NCBI GenBank assembly: GCA_036390115.1
Contig: DASWCM010000003.1
Coordinates: 101,111-165,110 of the forward strand
Length of the DNA: 64,000 nucleotides
Direction of reading: 5' to 3'
From: Blattabacteriaceae bacterium
GTDB lineage: Bacteria > Bacteroidota > Bacteroidia > Flavobacteriales > Blattabacteriaceae
Part shown: positions 41,079 to 51,294 of the stretch, piece by piece
Layout of the letters: each line of letters opens with the position of its first letter
Numbering within the stretch: the first letter of the stretch is position 1
Program-made: the position numbers and the translations under genes
The notes under the pieces: generated by a model
Databases searched by the model: none
What the model was told of the DNA's origin: nothing
Seen by the model: the letters and a program-made list of their open reading frames with translations, nothing else

Positions 41079-43505
41079 TTACGTTTCAATAGTAGCCACT
41101 GCAGCAATTTTATCCTTTTTAAGATTGATCAATCGGACTCCTTGCGTATTTCTCCCCATAACACGCATCACTGATACAGGTATGCGAAGGGTAATACCAG
41201 ATTTATTAATAATCATTAAATCATTTTTATCAGTTACATTCTTAACAGCTATTAATTTTCCAGTTTTTTCAGTTATATTGATTGTTTTTATTCCCTTTCC
41301 AATTCTATCAGTTCTGCGATAAGTTCCTAAATTAGAACGTTTTCCATATCCATTTTCTGAAACTACCAATATATTTTCTTTTTCCTTCGGTTTAACGCAA
41401 ACCACCCCAATAACAGAATCTTTATCATCGGCTAATGATATACTTTTAACTCCGTAAGAAGTTCTCCCCATTAAACGAATTTTTTTTTCAGAAAATCTAA
41501 TAGATTTTCCACTTTTTTTTGCTATAAAAATGTCACTGTTTCCAGTTGTAAGTTTTGCTTCTATTAGAGAATCACCAGGTCGAATTATTGTTGCCTGTAT
41601 TCCTCTTTTTCTAGGATGAGAATAGCTTTTAAGTGGGGTTCTTTTTACGATTCCTTTTTCTGTTACTAGAATTACGTAATGACTATTGATATAGTCAAAG
41701 TTCTTTAGATTTCCACTTAAAATATAAGCTTTAACTTGATCATCACTATCAAGTTCGATAAAATTTTGTATAGCTCTCCCCTTAGACGTTTTTGCACTTT
41801 CGGGTATATCAATCACCCTAAGCCAAAAACATTTTCCTTTTTTCGTAAATAAAAGCATATATGGCATATTTTGAGCTACGAGTAAGTGTTCCATAAAGTC
41901 CTTTTCATGAACACCAGCTCCAATATTTCCAATTACGCCTCTAGATTGACGTTTATACGCCGATAAAGTAGTGCGTTTTATATATCCTTTATGAGATAAA
42001 GTAAATACTCCAGTGATATCATCCACAAATTCCTCAGCGTTTCCTGAATAATCAATTTCAGTTCTCCGTTTATCGCTATATTTTTCTTTGATTTCTATTA
42101 GTTCACTTTTTATAAGTTGCAATCGCAGCATTTCCTTATTTAGGATATTGTTAAGTTTTTTTATAATTTTCTTCACCTCTTCATATTCTGATCTAATTTT
42201 GTTCCTTTCAAGGCTAGTAAAGCGATGCAAACGCATTTCCAGAATAGATCGTACTTGAATTTCTGAAAAATTGAATTCTTTTGTAAGTGCTTTTATAGCA
42301 TCCTTTGGGTTTTTTGAATTACTCACCAGCTGAAAAACTAGATCAAAGCTATCTAAAGCAGTAATAAATCCTTTAAGGATATGAAGACGTTCTTTAGCAT
42401 TACGTAGATCATGCCTGGAACGTCTCATAATAACATTATTTCTATGATCTACAAAATATTGAATAATCTCTTTAAGATTTAACTGAACAGGTTTTCCTTT
42501 AACTAAAGCAATATTGTTAACACTAAACGAAGTCTGAAGATCAGTGTATTTATAAAGTTTATTCAAAATTATTTGAGGTTCAGTCCCTTGCTTTAGCAAA
42601 TATACAATACGCATTCCACGCCTATCTGATTCATCCCTAATCTGCGACAAGTTTTCTATTTTACCTTCTTTTACAAGATTTTTAGTTTTTTCTATCATGT
42701 CCTCCTTGTTCACTTGATATGGTATTTCGTCTACAATAAGGCATTTACGTCCTTGAATATCTTCAAAATGCACCCGAGCTCTTAGTAAAATACGACCTTT
42801 TCCTACGTGAAAAGCTTCTTTAACTCCTTGAGATCCATAAATAACCCCCCCTGTAGGGAAATCTGGCGCTTTAATATAATTAATTAATTCGTCAATACTA
42901 ATATTTTTGTTATCAATGTATGCGCAAATAGCTTCAATGGATTCTTTCAAATTATGAGGTGCCATATTTGTAGCCATTCCAACTGCTATTCCAGAGGCTC
43001 CGTTAATAAGGAGATTCGGAATACGAGTAGGAAGGACGGTAGGCTCTTCCATTGAATCATCAAAGTTTAGTTGCATATCCACCGTTTCCTTTTCAATATC
43101 AACAAGCATATCTTCTGAAAAATTACTTAATCGAATTTCTGTATACCTCATTGCAGCTGGAGGATCGTTATCTAATGATCCGAAATTTCCTTGACCATCA
43201 ATTAACGTATGGCGTAAAGACCAATATTGCGCCATACGAACAATAGCATCATAAACAGAACTATCACCATGTGGATGAAATTTCCCTAATACTTCCCCAA
43301 CTATCCTAGCAGATTTTTTATATGCACTATTAGAGAGAACATTAAGTTTATACATTCCATAAAGCACACGTCTATGCACAGGCTTAAGCCCATCCCTTAC
43401 GTCTGGTAGAGCTCTTGAAATAATTACTGACATCGAATAATCGATGTATGAAGATTTCATTTCATTTACTATATCAATAGGAATTACTCTACTCTTCAGA
43501 TTCAT
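41079..43505 (-). CDS. gyrA: DNA gyrase subunit A
   Basis: 808 aa. [35 protein letters not shown] (QRDR) and AAMRYTE (catalytic Tyr), plus C-terminal beta-pinwheel repeats. Confidence 0.97.
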   Translation of the reverse strand: MNLKSRVIPIDIVNEMKSSYIDYSMSVIISRALPDVRDGLKPVHRRVLYGMYKLNVLSNSAYKKSARIVGEVLGKFHPHGDSSVYDAIVRMAQYWSLRHTLIDGQGNFGSLDNDPPAAMRYTEIRLSNFSEDMLVDIEKETVDMQLNFDDSMEEPTVLPTRIPNLLINGASGIAVGMATNMAPHNLKESIEAICAYIDNKNISIDELINYIKAPDFPTGGVIYGSQGVKEAFHVGKGRILLRARVHFEDIQGRKCLIVDEIPYQVNKEDMIEKTKNLVKEGKIENLSQIRDESDRRGMRIVYLLKQGTEPQIILNKLYKYTDLQTSFSVNNIALVKGKPVQLNLKEIIQYFVDHRNNVIMRRSRHDLRNAKERLHILKGFITALDSFDLVFQLVSNSKNPKDAIKALTKEFNFSEIQVRSILEMRLHRFTSLERNKIRSEYEEVKKIIKKLNNILNKEMLRLQLIKSELIEIKEKYSDKRRTEIDYSGNAEEFVDDITGVFTLSHKGYIKRTTLSAYKRQSRGVIGNIGAGVHEKDFMEHLLVAQNMPYMLLFTKKGKCFWLRVIDIPESAKTSKGRAIQNFIELDSDDQVKAYILSGNLKNFDYINSHYVILVTEKGIVKRTPLKSYSHPRKRGIQATIIRPGDSLIEAKLTTGNSDIFIAKKSGKSIRFSEKKIRLMGRTSYGVKSISLADDKDSVIGVVCVKPKEKENILVVSENGYGKRSNLGTYRRTDRIGKGIKTINITEKTGKLIAVKNVTDKNDLMIINKSGITLRIPVSVMRVMGRNTQGVRLINLKKDKIAAVATIET

Positions 43506-43507
43506 TT

Positions 43508-44581
43508 TTAATCATATTTTACTAAACTTTTTAGTTGTTCCAAACTTTCTTGAATGATTACATCGCCTACTTTTTTATCGTAGTAACAATCTCCTATAGT
43601 TCTAAGAAGGGAAAAGCAAATTTTTCCTATCTCATTTTTTTTATCATTTAGCATTAAACTCCGAAGAGTTTCTGCGGTTTTTTGGTCAATTTCCTTTACT
43701 GGATAAGTATTCGAAAGATTTTTACTGATTTCATCATATTGTTTTTCTGTAAGGCAATTTATTTTCCAAGAAATCCAAGATTCGCAAATCATTCCAAAAG
43801 CAATTGCTTCTCCATGTGAAACAGGAGAATACCGATCAAGAAAAAAAGCTTCTAAAGCGTGGCCTATAGTGTGCCCAAAATTAAGAATTTTTCTTGATCC
43901 AAATTTCTCTTTTGGATCAATACGAACCATTCTGGTTTTTATAAGAATGGATCTTTCAATAAAAGATCTCCCAATTAAATTATTGGATAAAATATTTACT
44001 TCTTTCCAAAAAGAATAATCTGCAACTAGTCCATATTTAAAGATTTCTGCCATTCCTGATTTTAACTCCCTTTTTCCTAAAGTTTTTAGATAATTAAGAT
44101 CAATTAAAACTAATTCCGCTTCTTTGAAAATACCAATTTCATTTTTTACTCCGTTAAAATCAATCCCAGTTTTGCCTCCTATAGAAGCATCTACCATAGA
44201 AAGAAGGGTTGTTGGAACATTTAAAAAACTTATTCCTCTTTTGAAAACTGAAGCTGAAAACCCCCCCATATCAGTAATAACACCACCACCAAGATTAATA
44301 AGAAGACTCTTTCTATCGGCATTTTGTTTTTCAAATTCTTTCCAAATTTTTATACAATTCTGTATATTTTTTTCTTTTTCGCCAGTAGGTACCTCTACAA
44401 TTTTAGCTGTTCTTAAAAATGTTACGCGATTATACAAATATGGAAGACAATATTCTCTTGTATTTGAATCAACCAAAATAAAAATATTCGATAGATCCCT
44501 TTTATGGGAAAAAATATGCAATTGTTTGTATGCCTCTTCCCCAAAAAACACAGATGAGGGGAGTATAGAGATATTTTTCAC
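43508..44581 (-). CDS. aroB: 3-dehydroquinate synthase
   Basis: 357 aa. [38 protein letters not shown] and [12 protein letters not shown]. Confidence 0.94.
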   Translation of the reverse strand: MKNISILPSSVFFGEEAYKQLHIFSHKRDLSNIFILVDSNTREYCLPYLYNRVTFLRTAKIVEVPTGEKEKNIQNCIKIWKEFEKQNADRKSLLINLGGGVITDMGGFSASVFKRGISFLNVPTTLLSMVDASIGGKTGIDFNGVKNEIGIFKEAELVLIDLNYLKTLGKRELKSGMAEIFKYGLVADYSFWKEVNILSNNLIGRSFIERSILIKTRMVRIDPKEKFGSRKILNFGHTIGHALEAFFLDRYSPVSHGEAIAFGMICESWISWKINCLTEKQYDEISKNLSNTYPVKEIDQKTAETLRSLMLNDKKNEIGKICFSLLRTIGDCYYDKKVGDVIIQESLEQLKSLVKYD

Positions 44582-45002
44582 GTTTGTTATGGCTTTATAC
44601 TATATTTTTTCATTTAAATATGAAATGTAAGTAACAGAGAAAATTCTTTTTATTTTTGTTTAATAAATATTTGCATATTCATATTACGTTTTTTATGGGG
44701 GTAAATATATTGGTAAATTGTATGGTTAAAGATTCTAATGGTAGACAGATAGAGAAACTTCTAATGTTATTTGGGCAATCGTGCACTAATAGATGGTTTT
44801 GATTCTTACAAAATAGAAAAGGTATTAGTGGATTCTTTCAATCGTGTATTCCTCAGCCTGCTATCCTTGGTATAAGGTAAAGAAATGCATCCTAAAGATA
44901 TGGAAGCTGTTTACTAAATTTAGTGTCACTCTATGAAGTTGGAAGGAATAGAATGATAACTTTAACAAGTTGGATCATTCATAGAAGTCTTATTATTAAT
45001 AG

Positions 45003-45086
45003 CGGAGAGAAAGGGATTCGAACCCTTGACACATAAAGTGAACATACTTTCCAAGCATGCGCCTTTAACCCCTCGGCCACCTCTCC
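45003..45086 (-). tRNA. tRNA-Ser (anticodon GGA), type II
   Basis: The reverse complement folds. Acceptor ggagagg/tctctcc, anticodon stem catgc/gtatg, loop ttGGAaa, long variable arm, T arm aaggg-ttcgaat-ccctt. No encoded CCA. Confidence 0.88.
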
Positions 45087-45090
45087 TTCT

Positions 45091-46446
45091 TTAAAATTCT
45101 GCGTTTCCAGGTGTTCTGGGATAGGGAACGACGTCACGAATATTCCTCATTCCTGTAACAAATTGAGTAAATCTGTCAAATCCCATACCGAACCCTGAAT
45201 GTGGGGCTGATCCAAAACGCCTCGTATCCAGATACCACCATAAATTTTTTTTATTAATTCCACAATCTCCCATACGCTGTGCTAAGATTTCATAACGATC
45301 TTCTCTTTGAGAACCCCCTATTATTTCTCCAATAATGGGAAATAAAATATCCATAGCACTAACAGTTCTTTCATCATCATTCAACCGCATATAAAAAGGT
45401 TTAACTATTTTTGGATAGTTAAATAAGATTAATGGGGATTTAAAATACTTATCGGTTAAATACCTTTCATGTTCTGAAAGTAAATCCATGCCCCATTGAA
45501 TGGGGCATGTAAATTTTCTATTGCTTTTTTTAAGTATTTTTATAGCTTCAGTATAACTGAGTTTTTTAAAAGGAAGCATCAATGCTATACTCAATTGATC
45601 TAAAAGCGATTTATTTTTCTGTTTTTCTTCAAAAGAATGATATATTTCTAGATATTGCAGGTCTTCTTTGCAATTTTCGCATATATGCGAAATGAGATAT
45701 TTTAAAAACATCTCAGCTAAGGTCATACTATCTTTAAGTGTGCAAAAAGCTATTTCTGGTTCAACCATCCAAAATTCAGCTAAATGTCTAGGCGTGTTAG
45801 AATTTTCTGCTCGGAAAGTTGGGCCAAAAGTATAAACCTTTCCAAAAGCTAAAGCAGCTGTTTCTGCTTCTAATTGACCTGATACAGTTAGATAAGCTTG
45901 TTTACCAAAAAAATCATTTGATACACTAAACATTTTTCCAGCACCTTCAGCATCAGCTGAAGTGATGATAGGAGTATGAATGTAAAAAAAATCGTTTTGG
46001 TGAAAAAATTCATGTACAGAAAAAGAAAGATGATGGCGTATTCGCATAATAGCACCAAAAAGATTTGTGCGAAATCTCAGATGAGATTGTTCCCTAAGTT
46101 TTTCCAAACTATGGATCTTTGGTTGCAAAATAGTTTCTAGTATATCCTCCTTTTTAGCTTCTCCGCATATTTCAATTTCTTCCGTAGATATTTCAATAAA
46201 CTGTTCTTTTCCAGGACTCTTAACGAGTCTCCCTTTTACTTTAAGGGAAGTTCCTATGTTCATTTTTCTCAAAAAAGATTCATTAAAGGATGATCTCTCT
46301 ATGAGAATCTGCAAATTTTTTATAGATGAACCGTCATTGAGTATAATGAATCTCTTATTTCTAAAACTCCGTATCCATCCTTTTGTTCGGATTTTATTAG
46401 AAATATTTTCTTTACTTAGAATTTCTTTTACACTAGATATTTTCAT
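45091..46446 (-). CDS. asnS: Asparaginyl-tRNA synthetase
   Basis: 451 aa. Class IIb motifs FRAENSNTPRHLAEFWMVEPE and GSAPHSGFGMGFDR. The N-terminal OB fold has RTKGWIRSFR. Confidence 0.94.
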   Translation of the reverse strand: MKISSVKEILSKENISNKIRTKGWIRSFRNKRFIILNDGSSIKNLQILIERSSFNESFLRKMNIGTSLKVKGRLVKSPGKEQFIEISTEEIEICGEAKKEDILETILQPKIHSLEKLREQSHLRFRTNLFGAIMRIRHHLSFSVHEFFHQNDFFYIHTPIITSADAEGAGKMFSVSNDFFGKQAYLTVSGQLEAETAALAFGKVYTFGPTFRAENSNTPRHLAEFWMVEPEIAFCTLKDSMTLAEMFLKYLISHICENCKEDLQYLEIYHSFEEKQKNKSLLDQLSIALMLPFKKLSYTEAIKILKKSNRKFTCPIQWGMDLLSEHERYLTDKYFKSPLILFNYPKIVKPFYMRLNDDERTVSAMDILFPIIGEIIGGSQREDRYEILAQRMGDCGINKKNLWWYLDTRRFGSAPHSGFGMGFDRFTQFVTGMRNIRDVVPYPRTPGNAEF

Positions 46447-46464
46447 TATCTGAATAAAAATGCA

Positions 46465-47013
46465 TTAAATGCTCATAATTTCCTTTTCTTTTATTGTGTA
46501 GAGATCTTCCACTTTTTTCATGTATTCATTAGTTATTTTTTGAATCCTTTCTTCGGCACTTTTCATATTGTCTTTAGAAATACCTTCTAATTTTTTAAGA
46601 TTTTTGTGTACCTCCTTTCGTAGATTTCTGATTCTAACTTTAATAGTTTCCAACTCAGCTTTTGTTTTCTTTACGAGATTTTTCCTGCCATCTTCAGTTA
46701 TCCTAGACAAACGAATTAGTATATTTTCCCCATTGTTTATTGGGGAATAATTAGCATTAATTATGGATTTTTCTATAAATGAAAGCATAGAACGATCCCA
46801 AGGTTGAATTTTTAGTGTCATTGAATCTGGAGAACTTACATTAGCTATTTTTTTAAGAGGAATCATTTTTCCGTTACATTCAATTTTTACGCCTTCTAAG
46901 AGAATTGGGTTAGAGTTGCCTGAACGGATTCTAACAAAGACCATCTTTAGGTATTCTAGAGATTTTTCCATATTTTTTTCTCCAGATTTTATGATTAAAT
47001 CTAATTTTTCCAT
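46465..47013 (-). CDS. frr: Ribosome recycling factor
   Basis: 182 aa. RSGNSNPILLEGVKIE, PWDRSML, and coiled-coil C-terminal half. Confidence 0.93.
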   Translation of the reverse strand: MEKLDLIIKSGEKNMEKSLEYLKMVFVRIRSGNSNPILLEGVKIECNGKMIPLKKIANVSSPDSMTLKIQPWDRSMLSFIEKSIINANYSPINNGENILIRLSRITEDGRKNLVKKTKAELETIKVRIRNLRKEVHKNLKKLEGISKDNMKSAEERIQKITNEYMKKVEDLYTIKEKEIMSI

Positions 47014-47022
47014 ATTTTAAAT

Positions 47023-47889
47023 TTATTGATAGATCATTTGAATAATTTTGCCAATATTATTATAACGGCCCATAGTATAATAATGAATTATTTCTACTCC
47101 AGAATCTTTTAATTCTTTAGATTGTTTTAGCCCCCATTCTATTCCTATTTTTTCTATATATTTTTCGTTTTTAGCTTCTTTTACAAGCTCATTTGGAAGA
47201 GCTACATAAAAATTATATGGCAAACGTTTTAAATGATATTTGCAGTATATTGGTTTAATACCTGGAATTATTGGTAAGGATATACCTTTCTCTCTGCAGA
47301 TTTTGACAAATTCAAAATATTTTTTGTTCTCAAAAAACATTTGAGTTATTATATAATTAGCCCCAGCTTCAATTTTTTTATTTAGATAATGTAAATCCAT
47401 TTCTGGATTAGGAGATTCAAAATGTTTTTCAATATATCCAGCTACTCCAAGACATAAATCAAATGTTTTACTATTTATAGTATCAGGTACTTGCTTCAGT
47501 AAATCCAGGGCATATAATTTTTTTTTACCCACTTTTTCGCAGTTGATAGAATCGCCTCTTAGGCAGAATAAATTTTCTATTCCCATAAACTGGAGGTTCA
47601 TAAAAGTATCTTCGATGTTATTCTTGTAAAATACAGAAGAAAGCAAATGAGGGACAGTTTCAACATTATATTTTTTCGTTACAGCAGCACAACTCCCTAT
47701 AGTTCCTTGCCTACTTTTTCTAAAACACTCAGAACGATGATAGGTAATATTGATAAAGGGTGGATAAAATTCCATTAAAGAATCTAAAGTATCGAAAACA
47801 ATTTCTATTGATCCCTTAAAGAGAGGAGGAAGTATTTCAAAGGAAAATAATGTTTTTTTAGTTCTGGTAATATGTTCAATTACTTTCAT
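47023..47889 (-). CDS. metF: 5,10-methylenetetrahydrofolate reductase
   Basis: 288 aa. FSFEILPP start, CLRGD, ANYIITQMFF and GIPIIPGIKP motifs. Confidence 0.88.
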   Translation of the reverse strand: MKVIEHITRTKKTLFSFEILPPLFKGSIEIVFDTLDSLMEFYPPFINITYHRSECFRKSRQGTIGSCAAVTKKYNVETVPHLLSSVFYKNNIEDTFMNLQFMGIENLFCLRGDSINCEKVGKKKLYALDLLKQVPDTINSKTFDLCLGVAGYIEKHFESPNPEMDLHYLNKKIEAGANYIITQMFFENKKYFEFVKICREKGISLPIIPGIKPIYCKYHLKRLPYNFYVALPNELVKEAKNEKYIEKIGIEWGLKQSKELKDSGVEIIHYYTMGRYNNIGKIIQMIYQ

Positions 47890-49121
47890 TTTTTAATAAC
47901 TTCAAAATCTGTATAAGGTATTAGCTCCTTAGGTAGGGTAATATATTCTTTTTTTTGATTATTCTCCATCAAAGCAGCTAAAACTCTTGGTAGTGCAAAA
48001 GCACTACCATTTAAGGTATGACAAAGTGTTTTTTTTCCTTCATCTGTTCTATATCGAAGTTGAAGACGAGTACTTTGATAATCTGTGCAATTAGATAAAG
48101 AGCTTACTTCTACCCATCTATGCTGGACTGCTGAATAAATTTCAAAATCATAAGTTATTGAAGCGGTGATTCCCATATTCCCCCCGCAAAGTCTTAACAC
48201 ACGAAAAGGTAGTTCTAAACTTCTTAAAAGTATTAGAAGATGTTCTTTCATTTCTTCAAAAGCATAATTTGACTTTTTAGGTTCAGTAATTTGTATAATT
48301 TCCACTTTATGAAATTGATGGATCCTGTTTAAGCCTCGAACTAGATTTCCATAAGATCCAGCTTCTCTCCTAAAACAAGGAGTATAAGTGGCTGCTTTAA
48401 TGGGTAGTTGTTTTTTTTCCAATATTTTATTTCTAAAAATGTTCATTAAAGGAACTTCTCCAGTTGGTATTAAGTAAAGATCGTCCATTGGAATATGGTA
48501 CATTTGGACTTCTTTATCTGGAAGTTGGCCAGTACTTCGTACACTTATTTCGTTCACAAGGTAAGGAAGCTCATATTCAAAATACCCAGATTCTGTGTTT
48601 TTATCTAGAAAGTATTTAATTAACCCACGCTGTAATAGTGCCCCTTGTCCTAAATAAATAGGGAATCCTTTTTGGCTAATCTTTGTTCCAGTTTCAAAAT
48701 CGAAAATTCTAAATTTTTTTTCCAAATTCCAGTGTGGAAGAGATGATTCACTCAGAGTTGGAAAATCTCCATATTGATAAATAAGTTCATTATCTTCTTT
48801 TGATTTACCTATTTTAACGCATTCGTCAGGAATGTTGGGAATTTGCAAGAGTTTTTCTGAAAGTTTTTCAAAAATATCTACCAATTTGTATCTTAGATAC
48901 TTAATTTCTTTTTTTAATTTCAACTCAACTGAGTTTATTTTATAAAATTTATCTAAATTTTTAGATTTAGATAAAAGATGTTCTAATTTTATTTGTAATT
49001 TTTTTTTTTTTTCGTCCAAAATTAATACTTCATTAAGTAGATCAGTTTTAGTAAAAAATCGTTTATTCAGTCCAATAAAGACCTTTTTTTTATATTCTCT
49101 AATGAAAGAAGTTCGTAACAT
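47886..49121 (-). CDS. serS: Seryl-tRNA synthetase
   Basis: 411 aa. N-terminal coiled coil, then class II motifs CFRREAGS, HQFHKVE and TLNGSAFALPRVLAAL. Confidence 0.94.
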   Translation of the reverse strand: MLRTSFIREYKKKVFIGLNKRFFTKTDLLNEVLILDEKKKKLQIKLEHLLSKSKNLDKFYKINSVELKLKKEIKYLRYKLVDIFEKLSEKLLQIPNIPDECVKIGKSKEDNELIYQYGDFPTLSESSLPHWNLEKKFRIFDFETGTKISQKGFPIYLGQGALLQRGLIKYFLDKNTESGYFEYELPYLVNEISVRSTGQLPDKEVQMYHIPMDDLYLIPTGEVPLMNIFRNKILEKKQLPIKAATYTPCFRREAGSYGNLVRGLNRIHQFHKVEIIQITEPKKSNYAFEEMKEHLLILLRSLELPFRVLRLCGGNMGITASITYDFEIYSAVQHRWVEVSSLSNCTDYQSTRLQLRYRTDEGKKTLCHTLNGSAFALPRVLAALMENNQKKEYITLPKELIPYTDFEVIKK

Positions 49122-49179
49122 TTGTTTATATTATTGAGCATGTCGTTACATAGCAATTTAATTTATCATAGATAAAAAA

Positions 49180-49398
49180 ATGTCTAAAATTTGTCAAATA
49201 ACAGGAAAACGATTGATTATAGGAAATAGGGTTTCTCATTCCAATAAAAAGACGAAGCGTTATTTCAGTATTAACATAAGTAAGAAGAGATTTTTCCTAA
49301 CATCTGAGGATCGTTGGATTACTCTGAAAGTTTCAGCTTCAGGGATAAAGACCATAAATAAGGTGGGTATAGAGAAAGCTTTGAAAAAAAAAACGTAA
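49180..49398 (+). CDS. rpmB: 50S ribosomal protein L28
   Basis: [11 protein letters not shown]...[12 protein letters not shown] start. Confidence 0.95.
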   Translation: MSKICQITGKRLIIGNRVSHSNKKTKRYFSINISKKRFFLTSEDRWITLKVSASGIKTINKVGIEKALKKKT

Positions 49399-49399
49399 G

Positions 49400-49585
49400 G
49401 TGTCTAAAAAAAAATCTAATAGGATCCAAGTGATCCTTGAGTGTATGGAGCATAGAAGAAGTAATATTCCTGGAATATCTCGTTATATAACGATGAAAAA
49501 TAGGAAGAATACGCTTAATAGAATGGAATTAAAAAAATATAATCCCATTCTTAGAAGACATACTATACACAAAGAGATAAAGTAA
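49400..49585 (+). CDS. rpmG: 50S ribosomal protein L33 (GTG start)
   Basis: (M)[17 protein letters not shown]...[33 protein letters not shown]. Confidence 0.95.
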   Translation: MSKKKSNRIQVILECMEHRRSNIPGISRYITMKNRKNTLNRMELKKYNPILRRHTIHKEIK

Positions 49586-49592
49586 TCTCATT

Positions 49593-49730
49593 ATGAAAAA
49601 AAAAAAGTGCAAGGTAATTATTTTTTTTAAATCTTCTAAAACGAAAGCTTATTCTTTCGAAGAAAGGATCCTTGATGCGGATCAAGTGAGCATTTTCTTG
49701 GATGATAAAAAACGAGAAAATACAAAATAA
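49593..49730 (+). CDS. Small basic protein, DUF4295-like (45 aa)
   Basis: Absent from the ORF track. My translation is MKKKKCKVIIFFKSSKTKAYSFEERILDADQVSIFLDDKKRENTK. From memory, its position right after rpmB-rpmG and before ftsY, and the K..K..K.GAY.F.E......V..FL pattern, fit the Bacteroidota DUF4295 family. Confidence 0.45.
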   Translation: MKKKKCKVIIFFKSSKTKAYSFEERILDADQVSIFLDDKKRENTK

Positions 49731-49738
49731 AAATAAAT

Positions 49739-50533
49739 ATGAGTATTTATGGAAATTTATTCTCATCTGCAAAAAATCTTTTAAATAGAGGCCTATAAAA
49801 CTAGGATTCTTTTTTTTTTCTAATTTGGAAAAAATTATAATAGGAAAATCTAAGATAGAGGAAAAATTCCTAGAGTAGGTGTTGATTTATTCTGATGTTG
49901 GAGTAAAGACTAGTCTAAAAATCATTTAAAATATAAAAAATATCGCAGAAAAAGATAAATACTTGAACCTTGAAGACATTCAAGGTCTTCCTTAAGGAAG
50001 AAGTCTATTTGCTTTTGTAAGAAAAAGAAATTCCTAGCAAAGGGTCATTATGATTGTTGGGAGTGTTCAATTACTGGAAAATTAGCCTGGAAGTTTAAAA
50101 AATCCAGGCTTAAGATTTGTCAGATCGTGCAGAAGTTCCTTTAATAAAACATAATATGGGATCTGATCCAGCTTCAGTAGCTTTTGATACGCTCAGCTAA
50201 ATATAGAAAGGATGATCTAGTTTTAATAAATACGGCAGTACGGTTGCATAATAAAGTAAATCTTCTGAAAGAGCTTTCTAAAATTAAACGAGTTATGCAA
50301 AAATTGATTCCTAAAGCTCCACAGTAGGTAATGCTAGTCTTAGATGGAACTATCGGACAGAATTCTTTTGAACAAGTGTACTGGAGTTTATTCTTTAGCA
50401 ATCACAAAACTAGATGGCTCTGCTAAGGGAGGAATTTTTGATTAAGATACCGATAAAGTATCTTGGAATAGGAGAGGGACAACCTTTCGATAGAGATTTG
50501 TTTATTGATTCACTTTTCAATAAAGAATATTAG
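49739..50533 (+). pseudogene. ftsY: SRP receptor FtsY pseudogene
   Basis: Collinear FtsY peptides appear in several frames, broken by many stops. They are MSIYGNLFSSAKNLLNRGL stop, GKSKIEEKFLE, SDVGVKTSLKII stop, GSDPASVAFDTLS stop, ITKLDGSAKGGIFD stop, and IKIPIKYLGIGEGQPFDRDLFIDSLFNKEY stop. The GxxGxGKT and DTAGR regions are unrecognisable. Confidence 0.88.
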
Positions 50534-50650
50534 TTGTCCTAATCCTAATAATAAGGAAAAAATTAGAGTAATTATAGACACTTTATTAAATTCAGAAGAA
50601 AATTTTTTCTCTTCTTTCGTTAGAATAACTTTTTTAATATGAATTTCCAT
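50510..50650 (-). CDS. Hypothetical 46-aa ORF with C-terminal hydrophobic segment (may be noise or a ghost fragment)
   Basis: My translation of the reverse strand is MEIHIKKVILTKEEKKFSSEFNKVSIITLIFSLLLGLGQLIFFIEK. No family recognised. Confidence 0.15.
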   Translation of the reverse strand: MEIHIKKVILTKEEKKFSSEFNKVSIITLIFSLLLGLGQLIFFIEK

Positions 50651-50800
50651 AGGAAAAAATAATCTTAAAAAGATAAATTGATAGATATTCCTAGGATTTT
50701 TTTTTCATTAACTTTAAGCCTCAAGGCTCCAAAAACTATTAAAGTATGGTATATTTTAGCTACTAATCTTGCTGCTAAAGTATTCTTACCATTTTTTATA

Positions 50801-51097
50801 TCACTTTTTATATCTATTATTTAAGTTTAGAACTTCCATACTTAAAAGACCTACAGAGGCAGCAGGTAGAAAAAGATCATATTCAAAATATATGAGAAGA
50901 TAGATAAAAAGTTCCATTAACGTAACTAATCCAAAAAAAATTAACACAGAGACATTTACCACATATTGATAAGGGCCTATAGTGTATTTTATTGCTCCTA
51001 CATTACCAAAAATGGTAAAAGATTGGGATCTTAAAATTGAAGAATAAATAATAGATATAAAAATTAATAAGTAGATATACTTTATCATTTTTTGCAT
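50801..51097 (-). CDS. Hypothetical hydrophobic protein, 98 aa (possibly a gene remnant)
   Basis: ORF-track protein with a signal-peptide-like N-terminus (MQKMIKYIYLLIFISIIYSSILRSQ) and a further hydrophobic stretch. No family recognised. It sits in an otherwise eroded region. Confidence 0.3.
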   Translation of the reverse strand: MQKMIKYIYLLIFISIIYSSILRSQSFTIFGNVGAIKYTIGPYQYVVNVSVLIFFGLVTLMELFIYLLIYFEYDLFLPAASVGLLSMEVLNLNNRYKK

Positions 51098-51218
51098 AAC
51101 TATTTTTTATCCACGTAGTCATTAGAAAAATTGTGATAGCTGACCAAAAAAAACTTTACACTTAGCTTTCCTCCTACCTAAAGGTAGGATCAAATCTTTC
51201 ATAGCTTAAATAGTTAAG

Positions 51219-51294
51219 TGACCTCGGAGGGACTTGAACCCCCAAACCTTCTGATCCGTATTCAGATGCTCTCTCCAAATTAAGCTACGAGGCC
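51219..51294 (-). tRNA. tRNA-Arg (anticodon ACG)
   Basis: The reverse complement folds. Acceptor ggcctcg/cgaggtc, D arm tagcttaatttggagagagc, anticodon stem tctga/tcaga, loop atACGga, T arm. No encoded CCA. Confidence 0.88.

Noticed and set aside
44124-44630. 168-aa plus-strand ORF
   Set aside because: It lies almost entirely antisense to aroB, which has clear dehydroquinate synthase motifs.
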